Shown here: one piece after another, positions 27,959 to 41,200 of the stretch | How the letters are laid out: every line of letters begins with the position of its first letter | Position numbering within the stretch: position 1 is the first letter of the stretch | Assembly (NCBI GenBank): GCA_051362555.1 | Contig: CM120641.1 | Location: forward strand, 17,546,001 to 17,610,000 | Length of the DNA: 64,000 nt | Direction: 5' to 3' | Source of the DNA: Lingula anatina | Taxonomy: Eukaryota; Animalia; Brachiopoda | Translations under genes and position numbers: made by a program | Notes under the pieces: model-generated | Database searches by the model: none | What the model was told of the DNA's origin: nothing | What the model saw: the letters and a program-made list of their open reading frames with translations, nothing else

Positions 27959-30900
27959 TGTAATACAAACGTTGCAAGCTGGCAATGGGTACCCAAGTAG
28001 GCTGAAATGATAATAAGGACTCGAGGTACGATTCAGATAAACATTTATCTAAAGGGTTTTTATTGTCTTAAGAGTCTGAATTTGGAAAGTAAAAATCCCT
28101 TGGTTTGGCCCTTTAATCTTATAAAGAAATGTTTGTGAAATGTTGAGATTGATTGTAACCTTCCATGGAAAATTATAAGTTTTTACTTAGGTAGAATCTG
28201 TATTCAAAAGTGCTATCTGCAGGGGCCCTATTGAAAAACCCTTCAAATCCACAGTAAGAGTGAAATATAATCGTGTTGTTTTTCTTTTGCATGTCTAGCA
28301 ATCCAGTATTTTGAATCTGCTGCGATGATACAGCTGTGCACTAAAGAAAAGTTGGCAAAAAAATCCATAAATTTCATTAGGTGTGGCAAACAATTGAAGC
28401 AACAGTGTATATCAGCAATCATTGCACATAGTCTCATTGCACATTGTTGTACATTTAATTTAGAATCTGTCGTCTTCTAAAAAAATTCTGCTAGAGAGAT
28501 ATTCTTAACATTTAGGCTAATAAAGGCGACATTATCTTCATGGCGGTTCTAAAATCTTACAAGTGCGATAAGTCACAAACCAAACAAGTGCTGTCAAGGT
28601 GGAAAAAATAAAGGCGATTTGTATGAAGCAGCCCACGATGCAGGACAAAAACGTGACGCTTCTTGAAACAAGGAATGCCATTGGCTAAAAGGAGATTATT
28701 GGAGAAACATTCTTATCATTCGTTAGCAGTCTCTAAATTACTCATCAACCAACCAAGATGATTCTATAAACACTTCACGGGCGCGTAGGAAGCAAGATTT
28801 TATTTTTGGGGGTAACCATTCTGGAAAAAATTACGATGAGTGAGGGGACAACCGTCTTATGTATTCCACACTGTTTGGTTTAATGTACATGTGCTTGGTT
28901 AACCTAACGAGTAAAATGATCAGACCTGATTCGACTTACTCCATGAGCCTCGGGAAATGATGCGAATGCTATATAACTCATGAGGGCAGAACATATGTCA
29001 CCCTAAAGATATTACTAATTGTAAAATATACTCGCAAAATGCTTTTAACACACGTCATCGTTTGGAATATTATTCTTAAACTGGCAGTATGGTTTAAAAT
29101 AATTCAATGGTTTTATTTTTTCTTAATCGCCTGTTCACAATCTGCTGGTCTGCTCCGTGCAGGAAATTGCGGAAATTACACGAGGTGATGTGACAATCTG
29201 TGAGCCGCAATATGCAGAATGATTTAAACGGCCGGATAGATAACGTTGTTTCTGCGTCAGAGCCCGTTGAGACTCACTCGTAGGCCTCATTAGATGCGTC
29301 AAAACTGACGGGGGAGAAGGAGAAGGAAAAAATGGGAGATCAGACAGAGTCAACTGTTTCAAATGTCCCCTGATAACATTGCTGAAATCTGAAATCATTC
29401 ATTTTACTCAACGAATGAAACATTCAACATCTAGTGCGTGATAAATGGTATAGCCTCCTAGCACTGTTTTATGAAGAAAAATAATTTGAATGCATAACCC
29501 TACTCATCTCTTGATACGTATCTTGTCCCATAAGGACTCCAGACCTGAAGCATTTTGCTTAAACTACCGCTGTGTTTCAACGAACCAATTGAATACCCCG
29601 TTGCGTTTACATCTACTAGCATCTATAGTAGAATCATAGAACGTATTCCTGTCGTTGTCACTTAACTAAAATTACGTTACCAAGCATTCGGCCACGCATA
29701 TTAACAGTTTATGAAAACGTCTGCCTCATTGGGGACAACCTTCGCCATGACGACTGATGGATTGTACTTCTGGTTTCAGCGTACCTGTCAGAATTGCACC
29801 AATAACCTTTAACGTAATTAAACACCGCAAGTTCATAACCGTGATTAACTCGGCTTTATTTTAATTTGCCAAATCGTTTACAAGATTGATCGAGGGTTGT
29901 CAGAATGGTGCTCGGTTAGGATGCGGTGGAAATGAATCTTATTCCCTTCTGATAGGAAGTCGTGTTGATATTCTGATAAGTTTGGCTGCAACACCAGCTT
30001 CAATTGCAAATCCAATACATTCTTCCTTACCTAATGACACCGACTCAAAATCTCCAACAAGAGCTTCATGCCGTAAGAAACAGAATATAAAGAAAACACC
30101 CTTCTAAAACGTCAGTTTGCGCCCTTTCTGTGTCGAGACACATTTAATGGTTTGAAGATATCGTGTTGGTTTAACCTTCCTGTCAACACGTTTTAACATG
30201 TGCTTATACAACGGGCGTGCCAATCTCATAGTTTGATCGAAAGTAATTACCAATAGAACCATATGCAAATAGCCAATAAATTAACATAAAATCGAAATAC
30301 TTACGAATTACTCAACGCGGATAATTAAATTTAATCATATGAAAATATAAAACGACTTCCATAAAGTTGTCCATAAATGTGAAATATAATACCTTTAGTA
30401 CCTGTTACTATGAAACGATAGAGTGCTGTTGCTTTAGGCGCCTTGGAGATGGTCTTAACGGAGATTCAGCAGATCGAAATGCCTAAACTTCAGTGAGAAC
30501 ATACATCGTTATTTCCAAAACACCAACACTAACAATCACAGTCCATGACATGTTAAAATCTCATCGTTACACGCAACAGTGGTCTTCACGTCAAAGTAGC
30601 AGTGGCCACTGCACAGCAGTTGACGACAGGACAAACACGTTTACGCCTATTCTGGATAAGTCGTGAAATATCACATTCGATATATTGATCACCACATGCA
30701 ATTAGTTCTAAGTGATCACGGTCCAGTCGTAAACAAATCAAAAGATTGATGCGAACATATACATCATTATTTTATGATATATGAAGCCTGTACGAACAAG
30801 GACACTAATGTTATAAATTTGGGTTACGCTCATCAATAGTTATCTAACCTTAAGTCAGGGAGGATTACCTTACAATAATTACCTACTGGAATGAATAAAA

Positions 30901-32453
30901 AACAGGTGATTGCGTTTCAATTGAACCAAAAATGAAAAATGGTCAAATTACAAATTATTACATTCAAAGCAGGGAACATCGTCATACCTGTCAGTAGCCC
31001 GCTAGTGCAGATAAATGTTTGGCGAAACGCGCTCTGGCACCACTCTGCTATCGACGAGATCTTTGCATGGAATAATACCGCCAGAGCAGGAACTGCTTTA
31101 TATGAATACGGACTAGCGGCGTTTAGTACGCTAGTACATGATATGTCAGATATGATGGTCGCTGTTTGATTTTCGGACGCTATTTGCGGGATTAAATGGA
31201 TTTAAAAGCACGGGTAATTTATACCTTTAACATGCAACAGTTCCTTGGGCAAATTTGAGAAAGAGAATACATACCTTTATTTTAATTAATTTGAGAATAT
31301 GTTAAATCATGAAATATTAAGATGAGAGGAATCTCAAAGATAACGGCTTCATCTCACCGTTTTGGCTGTGAATGCATTTTTGTGACACTGGGCAGTGTAT
31401 AGATCCGTAAATGACCGTTTTGAATGTCGATTGACATAAAAGTAGATTTAAGTTTATCGAATAGTGTTACGTAATGTATGTTAAAATTTCAGTGAGCGTA
31501 ACACAAAAATGGCCAATTATGTTTACGTATGTGCTTGAAACAATAAATATTGTAGTTAAAAATTTACAACACACAACAAAAACTAGAAATTTTGCATCAC
31601 TCTCTTGAACGTCTGTCCATTGTAAGCTTAAGTTAACGCGACCCGATACGACGAGGCAAATGTATGACGTATTAATGCATGTATATCTCTTAATTAATAA
31701 GAAAAAACTTCTATTTTGGGTCACTTTCCTCGCAAAAGACAAATAGAAAAATTTTAATCGAGAAATCGATGCTCAGAGTCAGCCTTGGTTTGAAACTTCT
31801 GAAAAAAAATGCTCGGCTAAATATATCGTTCATGTATTTTATACTGACGGCTAGTTGTGTTATGCAAAACAGCATTCAGACTTGGCTCGTCAAAGGGGAT
31901 CAAATACTCAATCCGTCTCTAGTTCATTAATACATGTACATTGCGTGATCTCAATGTAGACTTCAAACGCTGAATTTGCGATGCACTTAATATTGCGAAG
32001 TACAGTTCCTTACAGCAAGGTATTAAACCACATTAAAAAGCTTTTTTCAGAAATACTTGGTCGCTTTGTTTTCTGCAAACTTTACCTTATAACATGCTAA
32101 CAGGTGCCAAAAAAGTGAGTACCTTTGGGGAGGGGGGGGGTAGGTCTTTTACATCAATAAGCGACACACTTCTCTTTTATATTTTATCTGGAACAGTATA
32201 ATTGCATTACCTGACATTACGCAATATGTAAAAATGATACACAGTCCAAGTAACTCGAACAAGAAGATTGGTGCATGTGCTTCAGTAATTAAATCAACGT
32301 ACTGTGTTTTCCATGCACCTCAGCTCTTTCAGAATACTTCTTTGTGGAAACATCACACTTGTTCTCTATCATCGAACCATCCACCCGCTGCGTTGCCAAC
32401 TCTTATCACGACCATTGCTGCACGGAGATAACGAGCACCTTGACGTGTAGGTA

Positions 32454-32485
<32 letters not shown>

Positions 32486-34308
32486 ACAAAGCAAGAAACA
32501 CTGCAATTCTCCAGTGAATGGACAACGTGAAAAAAATACAGTTTGCATCTGAACGCTTAGATAGCGATCTGGGAAATGTTGTGGTCGGGCAGAGGTAGTG
32601 TGACTTTAATATACATGGAAGTAAAGAATATGGAGTATTACATTCACTTTTGTCGCCCGGGTGTTTTTTCATACCTAACCGTCAATGAATTTCGTTTATG
32701 TTTGAGACAGAAATGTCCATTTCAGAGACAAGACTAACATAAGTGTAAAGGGCACTTTAATTCGTTCATTCAACAATCAAAATATATAAGATATATAATA
32801 TATACGTTACTAAGCCAACAGAAATGCAGTAGAAATGCACATTAAAAATCACCTCACGTCAAAGACAGATTAACTGATGCATTTATTTGATGTTTCTACT
32901 GGTGAATCCCATAGTGTGTAAAAAGCACCAGAAAATATCCCAACCAAAGTCCCTTGTGAAATAGGGCCCATTGTTGGTACATTTGCCCTTTATCCTAGGG
33001 CAGTTTTTACCTGGCAAAATCGATAAAAAAATACCAATGAACGACTGAAACGGCAATTAGATAAATCTTCGTACGATCTCCTTACCTTTGGTTTTAGCCA
33101 AAAGGAAAACTGGTTGACATTACTAGAGGAAACATAGTCCATTGAATGTTGAATAATGAAAGATGATGTAACTGATAGTTACTTTCTTTCTTTCATATCA
33201 TTATCACCATCTCTGTTTATTCATTTCTTTTCTGGCCAGTGTGTACAGAGTGTATAGAGATGAAAAAATAACAACTGGAGGCAGGCTGGCGATTTACAAT
33301 GTTTAAAAGAAAAAGCTTAATAAGCTAGATGTTTTATTATAGACATGAGTACAGTGCAACATGAATTTCACCAGGAAGTAACAGTGAAATTGCGAAGACA
33401 GAGGGAGGAGGGTTAGATAGGCAAATATAGGCCTAAGTATAGCACGGGTTAATATTATGAAAAATTACTTCCACGTACAAACTAGTATGAAATAGTAGGC
33501 TTAACAAACAGTACACAGTCCTGAGGGGACTATATATAATATGGGGGATAGTGCCCGGTGAGAGGAAATGGGAACCCGACGCTCCGCTATTCTTCGAGGG
33601 ACTGCACTTTTTATTTAATATACATGGAGCTCTACATTTTTGTATACTTTGATAAATAGAGCGACATTCTCTGCACACGACAGCCAACGGCACCAAAGGT
33701 ACCCATATGTTCGTATCCATATGAATAACTTGGGTATAACACGCGGAACCCAAGTTCACATGATTTCACCCATGTATCAAAGATAACACCGTATGATGTT
33801 CCCGATGGGTTATTTTATTTCCTAAATAGTTTAATTCTTCATTCTCCAGGAAGACAATATCTTAAATTACAAATCGGCGGAAACGTCAAGTGCTTTCGCA
33901 GAGCCGCTGTGTGTTTATCATAGATTTTGAAACTGCTAATGTATTGTTAAAGCCCACAAGCATTCGCTCAATGCCAAACTGATTGTTTGCTGCACCTTTT
34001 AATTCAGACTAGATGGCAAAAAGTTCCCTTGCAGCCAAAAGATATTGAGCATTCTGTCTAGTATCGCCGTACGTCCCAAGGTGACTATTCGTGGTATTTT
34101 GAAGGGTTGTGACGGGATGGGAGGCTGAATACTTATCAGTCACTGTCTGCTGATGCTCTTCATGACGCAATTATATGACACTGTATGACTGTATTTGTGG
34201 CGGATTCAGATAGCGGCGGCCAAACTCTTTGTTCCGCACAAGTTATCTGCAGCTGACAAACCATCGATTCATATTTGATTTTGATACGAAAACTTTGTTT
34301 GCAATGAA

Positions 34309-34364
<56 letters not shown>

Positions 34365-36927
34365 TGAGTGATAAGCACCCATCGTGATTTTAGGCGTCTT
34401 TGGACAATTTTATGGTTAGACGTGCCTTTTTTGGTGGCCATTTTGAATCTCATTACAATTGTTGATATCTGAAAATAATAAACAGTTTACGAACAGTGGG
34501 TTTCTTCATATTACTCATGATTCTCAGTCCATTTGGCAAGCGATATGCATTTTATGTACAACGGCGGTCATTTTGAATTCTGAGAAATACTCAACGTTGC
34601 TCAAGTAGATCGTTAATTTGCCATCCTAACAAAGCATAGCACATTTTCGGAAAAATGTGCGCAGTAAGACACATTATAGGGGTGTCATCACTGGGCCAAC
34701 GGCCTTATATTTCGTTCTCTTCGGCTGTTATTAAAAAAGTAATAGAAAAGGGCGAGATGAAGGCAGCAAGATGTGCACAATTTATTCACTGTCAAGGCTA
34801 ATTCTACCCTTAATCCATATGAAACAACAACCCTAGGACGAAATGCTGATCCTCGCTACTTGAAGGAGAATGAGTAACTCGAGGGGCCGCGGAAAACAAA
34901 CGGTCAATTAGTAGTGTGATTGATGTTCCAGAACTCACTGATTTCGCAGTGCGAAAACACTTCACGTTCCAGATTGCGCAGATATTACGCAGAAAGATTA
35001 TAGCCTGCTGGCCATGTGATTTGCTTCTTACCGCCCATGCAGTGAAGTGTGAAACCCCGCACTTTTACTATTCCTGAATCTACGCAGGTTGGATATCTGA
35101 ATTGTGCGTCTTGTCAGAGAATGATGGACCATCACATTGGTTTTCATTACGGGATTACTGTGCTTGCTTAATGATCTGCAGTTAATCGAAGCAGATACTA
35201 TCTCACTCATTAGTATAATCCTGGGGTGCCTTTTCGGAAGAGCGGTCCCGGGGTGGGGTGGGAAGGGGGTTGAGGAGAAATATGGGAAACCAGAGGGTCG
35301 ATCTAGATCTTACGAAATCATGACTATCTGTTCAGTGCCATTATTTGTGGTCGTTAATTCTCTTCCATGGTATGTATAACGGGTCTTCGTATTGTAGCTC
35401 TTTAACGTTAGCATCCCTGGACATCGGCCTAATTAAATGGGTTCCAATCTTAAAAGCATTTTACAACAACTATATTGCACAAACGTGTACAGTCATCAAT
35501 TTGAAAAGCATCCAAATGTAGTACTACATTGATATTGCCAGTCTACCATTCCCAGTGGATAAAATTAACGCCGATTTGTTGAAAGTATTCTCGGACACTA
35601 TCAGCACCAAGGGATTTGTGGACTATTATCTAATATTCCAATACAATGAAAGATAGAGAGAATTAGGAGAGAGAACGTATAGGGCCTAAATACATTACCT
35701 TGTGGCAACTATCATTTCTAAAACAAAAACCATTTACTAAAACCTTTATTCAATCTATAAAGCCTCCCATATGGCCATTAAAGTCATAATAACTCTTCAT
35801 TTTGGCCAAAAATTGGATTTTCCTGGAGTAAACGGCAATTTTCCCGTACTTACCAATGGTCAGCTACCCCATTCCTGCATTCAAAGTTAATCCAGGGTTT
35901 TTTTCCTAAACGTACGGTTTTTTGTTAAAATCTCTTAAGAGATTTTAACTGACGGAGCTCTCTCTGACATCGCATATAGTCACTGTTGACCTACTTAAAA
36001 CCGCGGGAAAAGCAGACAACAACAACACTATAAACGATTCATGAGATATATTCGTCTTTTTGTTAAAAATACATAAATATCTACAATGTGTGCCATTCTG
36101 GGCTTTTCGTTATCCGACGCACTGTACAAAAACTCGCAACTTACGTCTGCGTCTGCATTAATGCGTTTGGCGCCATAGATCTATGTTATTTTGGTCTCGA
36201 ATGAACGCGAGAATCCGCGTGACACCATTACGTCATTAGCAACGAATGCCTTGATGTCCGGGAAGAAAAGCATCGAAAGCCCTTTTGACAAGCACTGATT
36301 TTAGTTATACTACAATAACGGCCCTTTAGTGGTAAAATACAATGGAATATATTTCCATGCGTTGTTTACAATGTATTTCATGCGGAATTTTGAATCTCAA
36401 AGGAAGAGTTATTATTGCTTTAACGTCGTTACCAATGTTTTGCAGGTGTCCTCTTACATGTAATAGCCCCCCCCCCCCTTCCGAACATTTGCAAAACGTT
36501 CGATTAACAGCTTGGGTCGCCATATTACGTCACGTTGCTGGGACACGCCACAAACCCATGGATACGCCTTGGCTTATGTTGATTGTGATGAAATGTGAAC
36601 GCATCGCAAAGAAAATAAATATGTACAGGAATTTGCATAAAGATCAAACAAACTTTAAACTTACCGTTCACATTTTTTCTCGTTGTAGGACCTAACAAAA
36701 AATAAGAAAAAAAAATAGAAAAAAAATTAGAAAGTTAAATATATGTTCTATCTGTTGACACACCCTTGACGTTACATTCCATAACTAAACGTGCCACAAC
36801 ACATTTCTGCCATGACGTTACGCTACACGACGTCAAACTGTAAAAGGTAGCGTCACAACTGTTCGTGACATCACATATAGTTGCCATCACTACCAACATG
36901 CCAACGACAATCACAACAACAACTGAA

Positions 36928-37113
36928 ATGTTGACGAATTGCAGCATATGGCTACTATTCCTACCTCTAATATTTCATCAGGATGCTGTTAATGGAACGT
37001 ATGATCTGAACATTCACCAGCTACAGATGGTTGCTGATCACTTGTCGCCCGCTGAATGCAGGAAGGTATCCGAGGCTTTGCATGAAACAGAGCACATCAT
37101 ACTTGATCACACG
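36928..37113 (+). CDS. Exon 1 of a TMDD1-like signal-peptide/death-domain/TM protein
   Basis: ATG at 36928 (an in-frame upstream ATG lies at 36898). Encodes MLTNCSIWLLFLPLIFHQDAVNG (signal-peptide-like, V-x-G cleavage) then TYDLNIHQLQMVADHLSPAECRKVSEALHETEHIILDHT. Ends at donor ACG|GTGAGG (GT at 37114), phase 0. Confidence 0.85.
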
Positions 37114-37759
37114 GTGAGGATACAGGGAGCTTAAACTAGAAGTATTCGAGGCTGACATGTCATGAAAATTCATGTCCGTAATTATAATTTATATCTGTTA
37201 ACACGCTGAATACCATTAAATGTTTGACTAGGTTGGTCGTTGACTAGAAAAATGCATGTATAACCAATCACGTTTTTAGCTATGTTACAATAGCGATTGC
37301 CAAGAAATCCATGATGTTAATTATCGTTATCGAAGATTCAGTTTCATCACCTATATGCACATGCCTACATAAAAAAATCTTATAAAAGTCAGAAGTAAAT
37401 CTCCATGTAGAAATTCTAAATGGTCTCCCAACTTTGAAAATGACTATGATTGTATTCGTGTTGGAAAATTAAGAAGATATATAAAACATGGCGTATGGCA
37501 TGTTCTTTCGCTTCTGTGGAAAAGTGTGAAAGATAACCTCTCACCTACATTTATTAGGCCTGTCGCTTATCAACGTCATCATGCTAATATTATTGAATTC
37601 TCTCATTTTGCTGCTCTCATTCACGTTATACTTAGTCTCGATATATAGGTTAACAATAGGCACGGAACTGAAAATTATCTGTAAATGCAAATGAATTACA
37701 CGTTATTGCAAGTTTGCATTCATTTTTATTATCAATTGCTTCACACATGTGTACAACAG

Positions 37760-38281
37760 GTATCTGGTTTGAAAGAACCTCACAAGCCCTGCCTACAACT
37801 TCTCCTTCACTGGGACAGCCATGAGGGAAAGGGGAAAAGTTTTCACGATCTTGCAACTCGCCTTCATCAGTTAAATCATCACGAACTGGCCGACAAGCTT
37901 TCTCTCTCTGTCTACAGGGAAAAGGCACAGAATGTGCAACGACTATTTCTCGACGACCCATTTAAAAAGCAGATAAGTAAAGACCATTCTTTGTTGCTGG
38001 ATTGGGACACTGAGAACGCTGCTGCTGACGACGACGAGAAGCTAATAACTGACCAACAAGAGCAGACGAAAGAACACTGGACAAGAATGCAAATTGCGGC
38101 TGTAGTGTCTGGAACGCTTAGCCTGTTGCTACTTTGCATATTATTAGCTTGTTCTTGCAGTTGGAAATGTCCGTGCCTGAAGTGTCGTCTGCACTACCAG
38201 AGATTCAGACATTTCTTTTACAAATATGTCGTTGGAGCTAAAAAAGCCCCAGAAAATGAAAATTTGTTTTTTATTTGTTAG
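37760..38281 (+). CDS. Exon 2 (terminal) of the TMDD1-like protein; spliced product 235 aa
   Basis: Acceptor CAACAG|GTA at 37759/37760, phase 0 and in frame with exon 1. Encodes a death-domain-like C-terminal half (CLQLLLHWDSHEGKGKSFHDLATRLHQLNHHELADKL), an acidic stalk, a TM segment (IAAVVSGTLSLLLLCILLA) and a Cys/basic tail. Stop at 38279-38281; AATAAA at ~38373. Similarity to vertebrate TMDD1 is recognised from memory, not by search. Confidence 0.85.
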   Translation, partial: VSGLKEPHKPCLQLLLHWDSHEGKGKSFHDLATRLHQLNHHELADKLSLSVYREKAQNVQRLFLDDPFKKQISKDHSLLLDWDTENAAADDDEKLITDQQEQTKEHWTRMQIAAVVSGTLSLLLLCILLACSCSWKCPCLKCRLHYQRFRHFFYKYVVGAKKAPENENLFFIC

Positions 38282-41200
38282 GTTCTACATTAATGTGCAC
38301 GTTTTATGCACCACTCCTTTAACCTAATCCATCAAGCCAAGCAAAGTAGGCGTGCTCTAGAAATTATTCCAAAATAAAAACTAATTTGCACGCAATTGGA
38401 TTTGTTTTTCCATTTTCGATTGAAAAAAACATTTATCTGATGTTTTCTTTTTTTAACTATCCTATTCCATTTTATTCATTGGGCATATTTCCCTTGCGGC
38501 CGAAAGCTCCAGGTGAGCATAACTTCTCTGCAGCGTGACATGGTTTAAGTTAGCTCTCAATATCATACAAGGGAATCCTGCAGGTTTCACTACACCATCG
38601 CCTAGCTCGCTTCTCTTATACTATCTATTTTTGGAGCATCTTCTTTCCCACCATTTTGTTACGACTTGTAAAATACCCTTTCTTTCCAAATGTTTCTCAT
38701 TCAATAAAAGGCAAGTTGCCAAAGTTGTTTGTACTGTCGGGCGGAGTTGGAATTTTGCTTTATTGGGCATATTTCCCTTGTGGTCTGTGGCAGTGTTATA
38801 ATATCACGCTAACATCCGGTCCTTTCTCAAATAACTAGACTTTCGCAGAGCATCGGCACGCCACATCGCATGATCTGCGGTTTAATGTAGGAGACTGACA
38901 AACACAGAAACTCTATGCTGGTGCTTATCTGTGCCGTTCTGTGCAATGTGTTGTAAAATCCGGAGTGTGCGTATAATGTGACAATAAAAAGCAACAGGGG
39001 AAATGTTGATTGGAGCCTTTTTGGCAAAGTTGTGCTTAATGATGGGTGATGTGTTTGTCGAGTTTGTCGTCCAGCTGGTTCATTGTAACGTATTTGATAT
39101 AAAAACTGCCGATGCATTCCACTGCTGATGTTCTGCGTAATGCAGATGATTGCCGTGCCTCAACACAGTTGAAACGATAATTTTCTGTCACCACTGACAA
39201 TGATGGTTACGCAAAAGTTAGCTACCTGTACTTTGAATTTACATAGAAGACAGGCTGTTGAACTAACGATATATTGTGGTTTAAAATCAATATCGACTAT
39301 TCCATCAACGCTCTGTTTATATGAATTAATCGAATCTGTCTTCGCCACCAAGTTTCTTTTGAGCCCGCTTGGAAGCGCTAGAGTCTTATGGCGTTATTGA
39401 ATATCTAGCAACGGGTAAAACACAAATACCATATCAGTTATCTGTAAAATGCCATGCATGTTATATGTTTACGATAAAGAGAGCTGACCGGTAGGAAGGT
39501 GGTTAGCATATCAAGACCACCCCAAATAGTAAACTATAAGAAAATACAGGAACCCCATTTACCCCAGAAAAAAAAACGTGGATACCACTATAAAACTCAA
39601 GTTCCACGACAACTGCCTATCTTATGCCATGTGTTATATACATTTTTTGTAGAAGACTGACTACGATTGAAATTCCCAGGAAAAGACCTAGCCTATACAC
39701 TTGTACAATTTGACCAGCAAATCTTTGTAATTATCTATTTGGTGACCCTTTGAACATTTGGGGCACACGAATTAGTTGAAGTAAAACTTAAAACAATTGA
39801 AACGACGTTGTTTTAAGACACCATTGGTCAGGATAAAGGGAGGTCCTAAATGTTGCACATGTCCATGAAACAGAGAGAAATAGGTATCAATTTATTTGAC
39901 AACTCTGATAAGCAACCTGTAAATCATATACTACTGACGAAAGACAGTCGCAATGATATATAACCAGAGAGCAACAAAACGATACAACAAAGGAAAAAAT
40001 TCGTTAGCGAGAGTGCAGGTTAAACCTTTTGTCTGTTCATTCCCCGTAACACATGCAAATACTATTATCAGTTACTTACACAATTCCAATAAAATCCACA
40101 TGCCAAACATAACCAAAATTTCTCATTCGGTCAGCCAAAAACAAATGCTTAAAAACTGTTTTGCCTTAAAGATGGAAAACTTGGCTTTATCAGCTGTCCG
40201 TCCAGTTCCTAATTAAACAAAACCGAAACAAAAGGAAATAATGAAACAAAGCCCTGTAGTGTTTCTTTCAGTTGCACTATTTGAAACTATAAGGCTGCAT
40301 TCCGTCGAGTTCAGTGGAATTATTTTGACATGTCCATTCATATCTTTAAAGAGACCACCAAGGACGATGCATTCATGGTAAACATAAGTCAAATATTGGC
40401 TCTCCAAATAAAAATATTTTTCCTCTGGTTCAAATGCAGATGTAAGAGATACAAAGGAGAAACAAATCATGTAAACAATACATCACCTCGGTACCAGGTT
40501 ATCTTATTGCTGTTTGGCCATGGCTAAATCGACCATGTGACGTTTAGACTAATCCTCAGAGAATTGTTGATGACCACACCTTCTGTGGATATTTTCTAAA
40601 TGGGTTGACCTTATACAGTGAAAACCTGCTAACTGAACCGACCTAGCAATGAATATGCCTTCATGAATTGCAAACTATTCCAGTTTTACAGTGTACACTT
40701 GGTAAAAAGGCCAATGCCACAGGCTTCTTTCTAAACTAAAAAATAAAAGTAACTGTAGGAGAATACAAAACAAAATAATTTTGTAAGCTGGTCTTTGGTT
40801 CTGTTTACTTAGAACGATACTGAGAGTTGAATAAATTTGAAACTGAATCACTTGGAACTTGAAAGGAATGTCTCTTATCTGTAACAATTTTAAGAGTTTT
40901 AAGAATTGAATCATAATGAAAAGGGAAAGTAAATTCCATATATTCTACACAAGTCGTCAGATTTTACTCAAATTTATAGTAACATTTCTACTTCAAATAA
41001 TACTTTTCAGTTAACCACACGATCTTACCTTCGTGTAAAACTGTTGACAGACACTAGATTTGCTATCACTGTACATAAAAAGACAGACGGCACGTACCTG
41101 CCCCAGCTCATTCAACCTGCTTTAATTTAGCACGTTGAAACCCCCTTCTCTTGATGACTGTGATATCGTGTTGTCTTAGGGGCACTACTAATCCAGTTTA

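Noticed and set aside
29135-29398. 87-aa - strand ORF / enhancer-like GC-richer block
   Set aside because: No homology or splice support; a regulatory role cannot be shown from sequence alone.
37685-37759. N-terminal 25 aa of the 198-aa ORF (MQMNYTLL...)
   Set aside because: Intronic sequence upstream of the acceptor; the real N-terminus comes from exon 1.
38827-39400. CpG-rich stretch with overlapping 60-96 aa ORFs
   Set aside because: No recognisable domain or consistent splice structure.
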